DNA of 64,000 nt, from NCBI GenBank assembly GCA_963718235.1, contig CAVQYR010000002.1, positions 448,001 through 512,000 of the forward strand. The letters run 5' to 3'. Within the stretch, counting starts at the first letter, position 1, and the number at the start of each line of letters is the position of its first letter. The DNA comes from an uncultured Actinomycetota bacterium (GTDB lineage: Bacteria > Actinomycetota > Actinomycetes > JAHEKZ01). Made by a program: the position numbers and the translations under genes. This document shows positions 1-9,413 of the stretch, one piece after another. The notes beneath the pieces were generated by a model that was not told where the DNA came from, made no database searches, and was given only the letters and a program-made list of their open reading frames with translations.

Positions 1-1265
1 GCGGCGATCTCCCCGGACTCCAGGCCCAGCAGCCAGCTGTGGCCGTCCCGGTCGACGGCCAGGTTGCTGGCGTGCAGCTCCTCGTGGGCGATGCCGGCCC
101 GGTGCAGCATCCGCACCTGGTGCCATGCGTCAGCGACCAGCGAGTCGGTGAGCTCGTGCTCGTCGAGCTCGGTGAAGGTGCGCAGCCCCTCGACGATCTC
201 GTAGGCGAGCACGGCGGCGTCAGGGCCCACTGCCGCCGCGGCCACGAGCGAGGGAGTGCGCACGCCATGCGTCCTGGCGGCCAGCGTGGGCAGTGCGGCC
301 TGGTCGACCCCTCGCCGAAGGGACAGCGCCGGTCTGCGCTCCACCGGCCGTTGGACCCGTAGTCGACGCCACAGCTGGTAGAGGAACCCCGCGGCTCGGC
401 GGTCGCGGTCGAACACCGCCAGCTGCAGGTGGCGCCCCTCGAGGGTGCGGGCCCGGTAAGTACGCCCCTCGTCGGTCTCGTCGACCAGCCGGGCATAGGC
501 CAGCGGAGTGGCGACCCGGGCGAGCGCCTGGGTCACCTGGCGGCCCGACGGCTGCGGGTTCGTCGTCCCGAAGCCGTAGCGAAAGCCCAGGCCGAACGCC
601 CGACCGAGGGCGGCGCTGAGTGCCAGTGCCAACGGTGTGGCCGACTGGTTGAACAGGGTGAGCACCACGAAGGCCACCACCGAGCCCCACACGATCGCGG
701 CCAGCCGGGGTCGCCCGGCGAGCCCGTCGACCGTGGCGAACGCGACGATCGCCGCAACGCCCGGGAACGCGAACGCCGACTGCTGTCCACCGACGGTGGT
801 GGTGAACGCGTCGATCAGGGTGTCGCTGAACCAGTCGCCAGCGAAGGCCGACAGAAGGAGGGTCGCCACGAACACGGTGAGCGACGCCAGGACTGCGACC
901 AGGAGGGCCTGCCACCGCCGTCGGATCAACAGGTCGACCACCAGGACGACCGGGAGCACGAGCAGCAGCAGCCCGCCGACAGCGGCCAGCAGCGAGACGA
1001 TCAGGTCAGGAAGGGTCGTGACCGCTGTGGTGAGGTCGTTCTCGAGCCCAGAAGTCGTGCCGATGGCCACCGACCCGAGGGCGAGCAGGGCTCCTGAGGC
1101 CACGACCCAGCCGATCGCCCGGATCAGGTCGAAGGGCCGGCGCACCCGGTCCGGGCGCGGTGGCTCCTCGACGGTGGCCGGCGGGGGTGGCAGCGCCACG
1201 GTCGGGACCGGTCGCTCGAGGGGCTGCAGGTGGGCCGGATCGGGGAGGTCGCTGCGCCGGTCCAC
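1..1265 (-). CDS. Lysylphosphatidylglycerol-synthase/flippase-like membrane protein with kinase-like domain (partial, runs off window start)
   Basis: Own translation of the minus strand from GTG 1265: VDRRSDLP..EEPPRPDRVRRPFDLIR, several TM helices, then LHRAGIAHEELHASNL (kinase-like loop). CACCAT -10-like hexamer at 1277-1272. Not in the ORF track because no stop lies in the window. Confidence 0.75.
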   Translation of the reverse strand, partial: MDRRSDLPDPAHLQPLERPVPTVALPPPPATVEEPPRPDRVRRPFDLIRAIGWVVASGALLALGSVAIGTTSGLENDLTTAVTTLPDLIVSLLAAVGGLLLLVLPVVLVVDLLIRRRWQALLVAVLASLTVFVATLLLSAFAGDWFSDTLIDAFTTTVGGQQSAFAFPGVAAIVAFATVDGLAGRPRLAAIVWGSVVAFVVLTLFNQSATPLALALSAALGRAFGLGFRYGFGTTNPQPSGRQVTQALARVATPLAYARLVDETDEGRTYRARTLEGRHLQLAVFDRDRRAAGFLYQLWRRLRVQRPVERRPALSLRRGVDQAALPTLAARTHGVRTPSLVAAAAVGPDAAVLAYEIVEGLRTFTELDEHELTDSLVADAWHQVRMLHRAGIAHEELHASNLAVDRDGHSWLLGLESGEIA

Positions 1266-1313
1266 GCGCCGATGGTGCCACAGGGGGCGCGGTGGTTTCG
1301 TACGCTGCGAACC

Positions 1314-1685
1314 GTGGCCTCGCGACGCTTCGACCCACGCCTCCCGTCGGTGTTCGCCGAGGAGGTGCTGGACCTCGTCGCCCAGATCCCCCCGGGGTGC
1401 GCGGTGAGCTACGGGGACGTCGCCCGCCTGCTGCGGCACGGCGGCCCGCGCCAGGTCGGTGCGGTGATGGCCCACTTCGGCGACGGCGTCCCTTGGTGGC
1501 GGGTGGTCCGCGCCGACGGCACGGCGGCCCCGGTCGTGGCCGCCGAGGCGCGGGCGCGTTGGCGGGAGGAGCGGATGCCCACCCGCTCCGACGGCCACCG
1601 GGTCGACCTCGCGGCGGCGCGTTGGGAGCGCGCGCGCCCGGACGGTCCACGGCCGGACGGCGCCAGGAGTGTCGGTCCGACGTGA
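1314..1685 (+). CDS. Alkyltransferase-like (ATL/MGMT family) DNA-binding protein
   Basis: IPPG..SYGDVA..GPRQVG..PWWRVV, with Trp replacing the catalytic Cys of PCHR. TACGCT at 1301-1306 suggests a leaderless GTG at 1314. Confidence 0.85.
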   Translation: MASRRFDPRLPSVFAEEVLDLVAQIPPGCAVSYGDVARLLRHGGPRQVGAVMAHFGDGVPWWRVVRADGTAAPVVAAEARARWREERMPTRSDGHRVDLAAARWERARPDGPRPDGARSVGPT

Positions 1686-1697
1686 TACTCACGTGCT

Positions 1698-4600
1698 GTG
1701 ACTGACCAGGGGGCGCACTTTCGGCTGCACGCCGCTGCGGGTGCGACCGCGTCGTCGCGCGGGTCCGGTCTCGTCCTCGACGAGGCGCAGCAGCAGGTGG
1801 TGTCGGCCGTGGCCCGCCCCGGGCACGGTCCGCTGCTCGTGCTCGCCGGACCGGGTACGGGCAAGACCACCACCATCGTGGAGGCGGTGGCCGCGCGGGT
1901 ACGGGCCGGAACCCCCGTCGCCCAGGTGCTCACGCTGACCTTCAGTCGCAAGGCGGCCCAGGAGCTGCGCACCCGGATCACCTCGGCGCTGCCGTGCGCG
2001 GTGGCCGAGCCGGTCGCCTGGACCTTCCACGCGTTCAGCTACCGGCTCATCGGCGAGGCCTGGGCCACGGGGCTCGGCGGTGCGCCCGGCCCGACCGAGC
2101 GGCCGCGGCTGCTGTCCGGGCCCGAGCAGGACGTCGTCGTCCGCGAGCTGCTGGCCGGGTCCGACCGGGTCTCCTGGCCGCGCGAGCTCCTGCCGGCGCT
2201 GGGCACGCGGGGCTTCGCCGACGAGCTGCGGGCCCTGCTCGCCCGCGCCCGGTCGGTCGGCCTGGACGCCGACCGGATGCTCGAGGTGGCCACCGGCCGG
2301 ACCGACTGGGCGGCGGCGGCTGAGTTCCTGGCCGAGTACCTCGACGTGCTCGCGCTGTCCGGCAGTGTCGACTACGCCGAGCTCGTCGGTCAGGCGGTCA
2401 GCTGGGCGGAGTCCGATGCCGGCCGTGCGGCGCTGCAGGGCAGGTACTCGCTGGTCGTCGTCGACGAGTACCAGGACACCGACCCCCAGCAGGAGCGGCT
2501 GCTCCAGGCGCTGGCCGGTGGGGGTCGTGACGTCGTGGTGGTGGGCGACCCCGACCAGTCCATCTATGCCTTCCGCGGTGCGGAGGTGCGCGGGATCGTC
2601 GAGTTCCCCGACCGGTTCCCGCCCTCTGGGGTGTCCCCGCGTCCGGCGCCGACCCTCACCCTGCAGGTGGCACGGCGCAGCGGCGCGGAGCTGCTGACCG
2701 CGAGCCGACGGGTCGCCGAGCGCCTCCCCGGCGGGCGCCTGCCCACCGAGGTCGTCCGGCAGCACCGCTCCCTGCGACCGGCCGAGGGCCTGGCCAGCGG
2801 ATCGGTGGAGGTCTACGCGCATACCAGCGCCGGTGCCGAGCTGCGTCACGTCAGCGACCTGCTGCGCCGCGAGCACCTCGAGCACGGCACCTCCTGGGGG
2901 TCGATGGCGGTGCTCGTCCGCTCGGGCACGACCTCGATCCCGCCGCTGCGCCGCGCCCTCGGCCTGGCCGGGATCCCGGTCGAGGTCGCCGGTGACGAGC
3001 TGCCGCTGGCGCGCGACCCGTCGGTCGCCCCGCTGCTGCTGGCGCTGGGTGTCGCGGTCGACCCCACGAGCCTGGCACCCGACGTCGCGCACCAGCTGTT
3101 GACCGGTCCGCTGGGCCGCGCCGACCCGGCTCGGCTGCGCCGGCTCGGCCGGCTGCTGCGCCAGTCGGCTCGCGAGGCGCTGGTCGAGCGGGGCGCACCG
3201 CCCCTGCCCCCTCCGGCCGACGTCCTGGTCCGCGACGCGCTGGCCGACCCGCGCGAGCTGGTCCTGCTGCCCGACGAGCTGACCGCGCCCGTCGAACGCC
3301 TGGCCGGGTTGCTCGAGCGGGCGCGGGAGGCCGTCCTCGCAGGGGCCAGCGCGCACGACGTGCTGTGGCAGCTGTGGTCGGGCGCCCGCTGGCGGCGTGC
3401 GCTCGAGGCGGCGGCGTTCGGTGGCGGCGCCGCGGCCCGGGCCGCCCACCGTGACCTCGACGCGGTGGTGGCGCTGTTCGAGGCGGCGAGCCGCAGCGAG
3501 TCCCGGGTGCGCCACCGTGGCGTCGCGGCGTTCCTCGCCGAGCTGTCCGCGCAACAGATCCCCGGCGACACGCTGGCCGAGCGGGGGCTGCGGCCGGACG
3601 CCGTGCGGCTGCTCACCGCGCACCGGTCCAAGGGGCTGGAGTGGGACGTCGTCGTCGTGCCCGGAGTCCAGGAGGACAGCTGGCCGGACCTTCGACGTCG
3701 CGGCTCGCTGCTCGAGCCGGACCGGCTCGCCGCCGACGGACCGGCGGCGCCCACCCCACCGAGCGTCCTGCTCGCCGAGGAGCGTCGGCTGTTCTACGTC
3801 GCGGTCACCCGGGCCCGTCGGCGGCTCGTCGTCTCGACGGTGGCGGTCAACGACGCCGAGGGCACCCGGCCGTCACGGTTCGTGGCCGAGCTCGGCGTGC
3901 ACCCGGTAGCGGTCGAGGCGCTTCCCGTGCGGCCGCTGTCGATGTCGGGCCTGGTCGCCGAGCTGCGGGCCACCGCCGTCGACCCGGGCGCCGAGCCGGC
4001 CCTGCGCGACGCCGCCGTCGAGCGGCTGGCCGGGCTGGTCCGCGACGGGGTCGGTGCCGCCGACCCCGACCGTTGGTGGGGGGTGCTCGAGCTCACCCAT
4101 GCCGACCCCGTGCGCGATCCCGATGAGCCGATCCGGCTGTCGGGCTCGTCGCTGGAGACCCTGGTCACCTGTCCCTTGCGCTGGTTCCTGGCCCACGAGG
4201 CCGCCGCGGAGGAGACCCGAAGCGTGGCCATGGGGTTCGGTTCGGTCGTCCACGCCCTCGCCGAGGAGATCGCGCACGGTGACACCCCGGCCGAGCTGTC
4301 CGCGCTCGACGAGCGGCTCGACGTCGTGTGGCAGCACCTGGGGTTCGAGGCCCGCTGGCAGTCGACGCGCGAGCGTGAGCAGGCGCGGATGGCGCTCTCC
4401 CGCCTGCTGCACTGGATGGCCTCCGACCGCCGGCGGAGCCTGGTCGCCGCCGAGGAGCGCTTCGAGGTCGAGCTCACCGTCGAGGGACCGACCGGTCCGC
4501 GACCGGTGCTGCTGCGCGGCTACGTCGACCGGCTCGAGCTCGACGACGGCGGGCGGGTGCACGTCGTCGACTACAAGACCGGGCGGAGCAAGCCGACGAA

Positions 4601-4937
4601 CAAGTCGGTGGCCGACCACGTCCAGCTGGGCGTGTACCAGCACGCGGTGCGGCACGGTGCGTTCGACGCACTCGAGGTTCCCCGTGACCCCGGGGGGGCC
4701 GAGCTGGTGCAGCTGCGGCACGATGCCGGCCGCAAGGCGGGTGGCCCGTACGTCCAGCCGCAGGGGGCACTCGACGTCGACGGCCAAGGACGCAGCTTCG
4801 TCGACGACCTGCTCGAGGAGGCGGTGCAGACCATCGACGTCGAGCTGTTCCCGCCGCGTCCCAGTGACCGTTGCAGGACCTGCTCGTTCACTGCCGCGTG
4901 CCCGGCCCAGGACACCGGTCGGCAGGTGGTGTCATGA
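1698..4937 (+). CDS. adnA: AdnA helicase-nuclease subunit (UvrD-like motor + PD-(D/E)xK nuclease)
   Basis: AGPGTGKT, DEYQD, TAHRSKGLEW, EERRLFYVAVTRA; C-terminal GYVDR..VVDYKTG plus Cys set CPLRW..CRTC..C; tandem with a second helicase-nuclease. Confidence 0.9.
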   Translation: MTDQGAHFRLHAAAGATASSRGSGLVLDEAQQQVVSAVARPGHGPLLVLAGPGTGKTTTIVEAVAARVRAGTPVAQVLTLTFSRKAAQELRTRITSALPCAVAEPVAWTFHAFSYRLIGEAWATGLGGAPGPTERPRLLSGPEQDVVVRELLAGSDRVSWPRELLPALGTRGFADELRALLARARSVGLDADRMLEVATGRTDWAAAAEFLAEYLDVLALSGSVDYAELVGQAVSWAESDAGRAALQGRYSLVVVDEYQDTDPQQERLLQALAGGGRDVVVVGDPDQSIYAFRGAEVRGIVEFPDRFPPSGVSPRPAPTLTLQVARRSGAELLTASRRVAERLPGGRLPTEVVRQHRSLRPAEGLASGSVEVYAHTSAGAELRHVSDLLRREHLEHGTSWGSMAVLVRSGTTSIPPLRRALGLAGIPVEVAGDELPLARDPSVAPLLLALGVAVDPTSLAPDVAHQLLTGPLGRADPARLRRLGRLLRQSAREALVERGAPPLPPPADVLVRDALADPRELVLLPDELTAPVERLAGLLERAREAVLAGASAHDVLWQLWSGARWRRALEAAAFGGGAAARAAHRDLDAVVALFEAASRSESRVRHRGVAAFLAELSAQQIPGDTLAERGLRPDAVRLLTAHRSKGLEWDVVVVPGVQEDSWPDLRRRGSLLEPDRLAADGPAAPTPPSVLLAEERRLFYVAVTRARRRLVVSTVAVNDAEGTRPSRFVAELGVHPVAVEALPVRPLSMSGLVAELRATAVDPGAEPALRDAAVERLAGLVRDGVGAADPDRWWGVLELTHADPVRDPDEPIRLSGSSLETLVTCPLRWFLAHEAAAEETRSVAMGFGSVVHALAEEIAHGDTPAELSALDERLDVVWQHLGFEARWQSTREREQARMALSRLLHWMASDRRRSLVAAEERFEVELTVEGPTGPRPVLLRGYVDRLELDDGGRVHVVDYKTGRSKPTNKSVADHVQLGVYQHAVRHGAFDALEVPRDPGGAELVQLRHDAGRKAGGPYVQPQGALDVDGQGRSFVDDLLEEAVQTIDVELFPPRPSDRCRTCSFTAACPAQDTGRQVVS

Positions 4938-7900
4938 CCGTCACACCGGCGCCGCTCACCCGCGCTCGGCTGGCCGAGCTCATGCAGATCCCCTTTACCG
5001 ACGAGCAGTGGGCGGCGGTTACGGCCCCGCTCGAGCCAGGTCTGGTGATCGCGGGTGCGGGTTCGGGCAAGACCAGTGTCATGGCGGCCCGCGTCGTCTG
5101 GGCGGTCGCGCAGCTGGGCGTCGCCACCGACCAGATCCTGGGTCTCACGTTCACCAACAAGGCTGCGGCCGAGCTGTCCACCCGGGTCCGCCGCTCGCTG
5201 CACGCCTGGGCCGGGTCGACCGGGCTCGTGGCGTCCCTGGACACCGAGCCCACGGTGCTCACCTACCACGCCTACGCGGCCCGGCTGGTGCGCGAGCACG
5301 GGCTGCGGCTGGGGCTCGAGCCGGCAGCGCGACTGCTGGCCGACGCCAGCCGCTACCAGCTGGCCGACCGGGTCCTGCGCCGACAGGACGGGCCTTTCCA
5401 CGGGCTCGAGAAGGGGGTCGCCTCGCTGGTCGGCGACGTGCTCGCCCTCGACGGCGAGCTCAACGAGCACCTGGTCGACCTCGACGCGCTCAGCGCGTTC
5501 GACACCGCTCTGGTGGTCGAGCTGTCGGCGCTCGACAAGCCCACCCGTGAGACCGACGCAGTGCTGTCGGCGGCCCGGGCCCGGCTCGACCTCGTCCGTC
5601 TGGTCAGGCAGTACCGCCTCGAGAAGCGTCAGCGCGACGTCGTCGACTTCGGTGACCAGATGGCCTTCGCGGCCCGGCTGGCGGTCGAGGTCCCCGAGGT
5701 GGCCGCTGCCGAACGGGCGACTTTCCCGGTGGTGCTGCTCGACGAGTACCAGGACACCTCGATCGCGCAGAAGCAGCTGCTCCTGGGACTCTTCGGTGCG
5801 GGTCATCCGGTGACGGCGGTGGGCGACCCGTTCCAGGCCATCTACGGCTGGCGTGGTGCCTCGGTGTCCAACATCGACCGGTTCCCCGAGGAGTTCCTCA
5901 CCTCGTCCGGACAGCCCGCGCACCGGTTTGGGCTGGGCCAGAACAACCGCTCGGGTGGCCGTCTGCTCGCCTTGGCCAACTCGGTAGCCGAGCCGTTGCG
6001 CGCCGTCCACCCGGGGGTGGTGACGTTGACCCCCCGTCCGGACGTCGTCGACGAGGGGCGAACGGTCGTCGGCCTGTTCGATACCTACGCCGACGAGGTG
6101 CAGTGGGTGGCCCAGGACATCGCCAAACGGTGCGCCGGCTCCACGGCACCGGGCGACGTCGCGGTGCTGGTGCGAGTCACCTCCGACGTGCCGGCGTACC
6201 ACGCCGCGCTGGTCGGCCTCGGGGTGCCGGTGCAGGTCGTCGGCCTGGGCGGTCTGCTGGCCCTGCCGGAGGTCGCCGACGTCGTGGCCACCCTGCAGGT
6301 GCTCGACGACCCGACGGCGAACGCGTCCCTGGTCCGGCTGCTCACCGGGCCGCGGTGGCGGATCGGTCCGCGCGACCTCGTCCTGCTCGGGCGCCGGGCC
6401 CGTCAGCTGGTGTCCGACCCCGGGGCGGGTCGAGACGCCGACCGGCCGCGAGACCGCGACCAGGCGCTGTTCGACGCCGTGGCCGGGGTCGACCCGACCG
6501 AGGTGGTCTCGCTGCTCGACGCCCTGTTCGACCCGGGCCCGGCCAGGTACGACCCGCAGGCGCTGGTCCGCTTCGCCCGGCTGTCCGACGAGCTGCGGGC
6601 GTTGCGCCGGCACCTGTCCGAGCCGCTCGACGACGTCGTGCACCGGGTCATCTCCGCCCTCGGTCTGACGGTCGAGGTCGCAGCCTCGCGAGCGGCCAGC
6701 CACGCCCGACGCGGGGAGGTGCTGGCCCAGTTCGTCGAGGCGGCGTCGTCGTTCGTCGACCTCGACGGCGACCCGTCGGTGCGGGCGTTCCTCGCCTACC
6801 TGAAGGCGGCCACCACCCATGACCGCGGGCTCGACGCGGCGCTGCCCACCGAGGCCGACGCAGTCACCCTGATGACGGTGCACAAGGCCAAGGGGCTGGA
6901 GTGGTCGGCGGTGTACGTGCCCGACCTGACCCGCGGGGTGTTCCCTTCGTCGCGGGGGCGTGCTCGGTGGACCTCGCGCGCGGCCACCCTTCCCTTCCCG
7001 TTGCGTGGCGACGTCGACGACCACCCGAGCACGCCGCAGTGGAACAACGCTGCGCTGAGGCAGTTCGCGACCGAGTGCACGGCCCTCGACGCGCGCGAGG
7101 AGCTCCGCCTGGCCTACGTCGCCACCACCCGGGCCCGCGACCTCGCCGTGCTCACGTCGCACTGGTGGGGCCCGACCCAGGTCGAGGTCCGCGGCCCGTC
7201 GCCGTACCTGGTGACCGCCCACGACCACGTGGCCGCCGACCCCGGCCACGGTCACGTCGTCGCCTGGAGTGACCCGCCCACCGAGACGTCCAACCCGCAC
7301 CTGACGTCGGCCGCTGCCTACACCTGGCCGACCCCGCTCGAACCCGAGGCGCTGCGGGTCCGCACCGAGGTCGCCGCCCGGGTGCGCCAGGCCCTGGCCC
7401 AGGGCGCGGCCCCACCGACGTCGCCGGAGGGCCAGCCCTCGCTGTCGCCGGCGGGGCGGGCCCTGGTCGCCGAGTGGGACCGCGACCGTGACCTGCTGCT
7501 CGAGGAGGCGCGCCGCTCCCACGAGCCGGTGCGCGACGTCGACCTCCCGGTGTCCCTCACCGCCTCCCAGCTGGTCCGCCTGCACGCCGACCCACAGGGC
7601 TTCGCCCGCGACATCGTGCGCCCGCTCCCGCGCCCGCCGGCCCCGGCCGCCGACCGGGGTACCGCTTTCCACGCCTGGGTCGAGGCGCGCTTCTCCCGGC
7701 CGGCCCTGCTCGACCTCGACGACCTGCCGGCAGCCGACGACCTCGCCCTCGACGACGACCTGGCGACCCTGCAGCAGTCGTTCCTCGCCGGGCCGTACGC
7801 CGAGCGGGTGCCGTTCGCGGTCGAGGCCCCGTTCGAGGTGGTGGTCGCCGGTCATCCGGTGCGCGGACGGATCGACGCCGTCTACCTGACCGAGACCGGT

Positions 7901-8158
7901 TCAGCTGGCACGCCAGGTTCCGCACCGACCCGTCGGTTCGAGGTCGTCGACTGGAAGACCGGTCGACGCGGCGCCGACCCGCTCCAGCTGGCCATCTACC
8001 GGGTGGCCTGGGCCGAGCTGCACGACGTCCCGCTCGACCAGGTCGACGCAGCCTTCTACGCCGTCGCCACCGGCGAGGTCCAGCGCTTCGACAACCTCCC
8101 GGACAAGGCGGGGATCGCAGCCCTGCTGGGTGGGGCCACGGTGGGCGGGTCGCCCTGA
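4934..8158 (+). CDS. adnB: AdnB helicase-nuclease subunit
   Basis: AGAGSGKT, DEYQD, HKAKGLEW, EELRLAYVATTRA, GRIDAV..VVDWKTG; ATG 4934 overlaps the adnA stop (ATGA). Confidence 0.9.
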   Translation: MTVTPAPLTRARLAELMQIPFTDEQWAAVTAPLEPGLVIAGAGSGKTSVMAARVVWAVAQLGVATDQILGLTFTNKAAAELSTRVRRSLHAWAGSTGLVASLDTEPTVLTYHAYAARLVREHGLRLGLEPAARLLADASRYQLADRVLRRQDGPFHGLEKGVASLVGDVLALDGELNEHLVDLDALSAFDTALVVELSALDKPTRETDAVLSAARARLDLVRLVRQYRLEKRQRDVVDFGDQMAFAARLAVEVPEVAAAERATFPVVLLDEYQDTSIAQKQLLLGLFGAGHPVTAVGDPFQAIYGWRGASVSNIDRFPEEFLTSSGQPAHRFGLGQNNRSGGRLLALANSVAEPLRAVHPGVVTLTPRPDVVDEGRTVVGLFDTYADEVQWVAQDIAKRCAGSTAPGDVAVLVRVTSDVPAYHAALVGLGVPVQVVGLGGLLALPEVADVVATLQVLDDPTANASLVRLLTGPRWRIGPRDLVLLGRRARQLVSDPGAGRDADRPRDRDQALFDAVAGVDPTEVVSLLDALFDPGPARYDPQALVRFARLSDELRALRRHLSEPLDDVVHRVISALGLTVEVAASRAASHARRGEVLAQFVEAASSFVDLDGDPSVRAFLAYLKAATTHDRGLDAALPTEADAVTLMTVHKAKGLEWSAVYVPDLTRGVFPSSRGRARWTSRAATLPFPLRGDVDDHPSTPQWNNAALRQFATECTALDAREELRLAYVATTRARDLAVLTSHWWGPTQVEVRGPSPYLVTAHDHVAADPGHGHVVAWSDPPTETSNPHLTSAAAYTWPTPLEPEALRVRTEVAARVRQALAQGAAPPTSPEGQPSLSPAGRALVAEWDRDRDLLLEEARRSHEPVRDVDLPVSLTASQLVRLHADPQGFARDIVRPLPRPPAPAADRGTAFHAWVEARFSRPALLDLDDLPAADDLALDDDLATLQQSFLAGPYAERVPFAVEAPFEVVVAGHPVRGRIDAVYLTETGSAGTPGSAPTRRFEVVDWKTGRRGADPLQLAIYRVAWAELHDVPLDQVDAAFYAVATGEVQRFDNLPDKAGIAALLGGATVGGSP

Positions 8159-8194
8159 CCGCTGTGGCGCGCTGACCGCCGTACCCTGACCGGT

Positions 8195-9130
8195 GTGTCG
8201 AGCCTGCCGTCCTTGGCGCTGTCGCGGTCGTCGGTCGACCGCCTGGCGCACCGTCGAGACGACGCACCGTGGCTGGCCGCCGCCTGGTCCGACCCCCGCA
8301 CCCGGGTGCTCGTGGTGACCGGTGGCCGGGTCCCGGTCGAGGGTGAGCCACCACACCTCGTCGGAGTCGCGAGCGGATCGGCGCCCGACGGTGAGCGCTA
8401 CCTGCTCGGCGTCGACCCCGACGACCAGGTCTGGTTCGCGGTGCGGGTCGACCACCCGGTCGACGAGCCGGCACCCGGGACCGTGGCATTGCGCGAGGTC
8501 GGAGCCCTGCTCGACGACCGCGACGCCGGCCTGGCCGTGCACGCCGTGTCCCTGGCCAACTGGCACGCCACCCACACGCACTGTCCGCGCTGCGGCACCC
8601 CCACGGTGGTGTCCGCCGCGGGGGCCCAGCGGTGGTGCCCGACCGACCAGAGCACCCACTTCCCGCGCACCGACCCGGCGATGATCGTGCTGGTCACCGA
8701 CCCCGACGACCGGGCCCTGCTCGGCCGCCAGGCGGTCTGGCTGCCCGGGCGCTACTCGACCCTCGCCGGCTTCGTCGAGCCGGGCGAGGACGCCGAGCGC
8801 TGCGTGGTGCGTGAGGTCTGGGAGGAGGCCGGCGTGGTCGTTCAGGACGTCGAGTACCTGGGCTCGCAGCCGTGGCCGTTCCCGGGGTCGCTGATGCTCG
8901 GGTTCACGGCTCGGTGCGTCGACGGTGCCGAGCCGACGGTCGACGGTGTGGAGCTCACCGAGGCCCGGTGGTTCACCCGTGACGACCTGGCCGCAGCGGT
9001 GGCAGGTGGTGTGCTGACCCTGCCGCCTCAGGTGTCGATCGCCCGCCGCCTGATCGAGCACTGGTTCGGTGCGCCGATCGGCGAACCGAGCGACGGCGGT
9101 CAGGCGGCCAGCTCGGCCAGCTTCTCCTGA
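8195..9130 (+). CDS. nudC: NAD+ diphosphatase (NudC)
   Basis: Zn ribbon CPRCG, FPRTDPAMI, Nudix box GFVEPGE..REVWEEAG, signature SQPWPFPGS. Confidence 0.92.
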   Translation: MSSLPSLALSRSSVDRLAHRRDDAPWLAAAWSDPRTRVLVVTGGRVPVEGEPPHLVGVASGSAPDGERYLLGVDPDDQVWFAVRVDHPVDEPAPGTVALREVGALLDDRDAGLAVHAVSLANWHATHTHCPRCGTPTVVSAAGAQRWCPTDQSTHFPRTDPAMIVLVTDPDDRALLGRQAVWLPGRYSTLAGFVEPGEDAERCVVREVWEEAGVVVQDVEYLGSQPWPFPGSLMLGFTARCVDGAEPTVDGVELTEARWFTRDDLAAAVAGGVLTLPPQVSIARRLIEHWFGAPIGEPSDGGQAASSASFS

Positions 9131-9342
9131 ACCTCGCGCAGCGACGGGTTGGTCAGCGTGGAGCCGTCGTCGAACAGCAGGGTGGGGACCGTCTGGTCGC
9201 CGTCGTTGCGGCTCATCACGAACGCCGCGGCGTCGTCGTCCGCCTCGAGGTCGACGACGACGAACGGGATCGCCGCGTCCTGCATCAACCGCTTGAGCCG
9301 GTGGCAGTAGCCGCACCAGGCGGTCGAGTACATGGTGAGCAC
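9100..9342 (-). CDS. mrx1: Mycoredoxin (glutaredoxin-like)
   Basis: MYSTAWCGYC motif, TVPT, TNPS; usual position between nudC and uvrD2. Confidence 0.88.
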   Translation of the reverse strand: MLTMYSTAWCGYCHRLKRLMQDAAIPFVVVDLEADDDAAAFVMSRNDGDQTVPTLLFDDGSTLTNPSLREVQEKLAELAA

Positions 9343-9413
9343 CCCCGAACCGTACGGAACGGACCGGCCACCCGCGAATCGGGACGGTCGGACCCGGCTG
9401 GGAGGATGCGGGC

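Noticed and set aside
1689-7855. Very long antisense ORFs (e.g. 1689..3623, 4571..7855, and similar ones across the window)
   Set aside because: Shadow frames of high-GC genes; no motifs, and they lie opposite well-supported CDSs.
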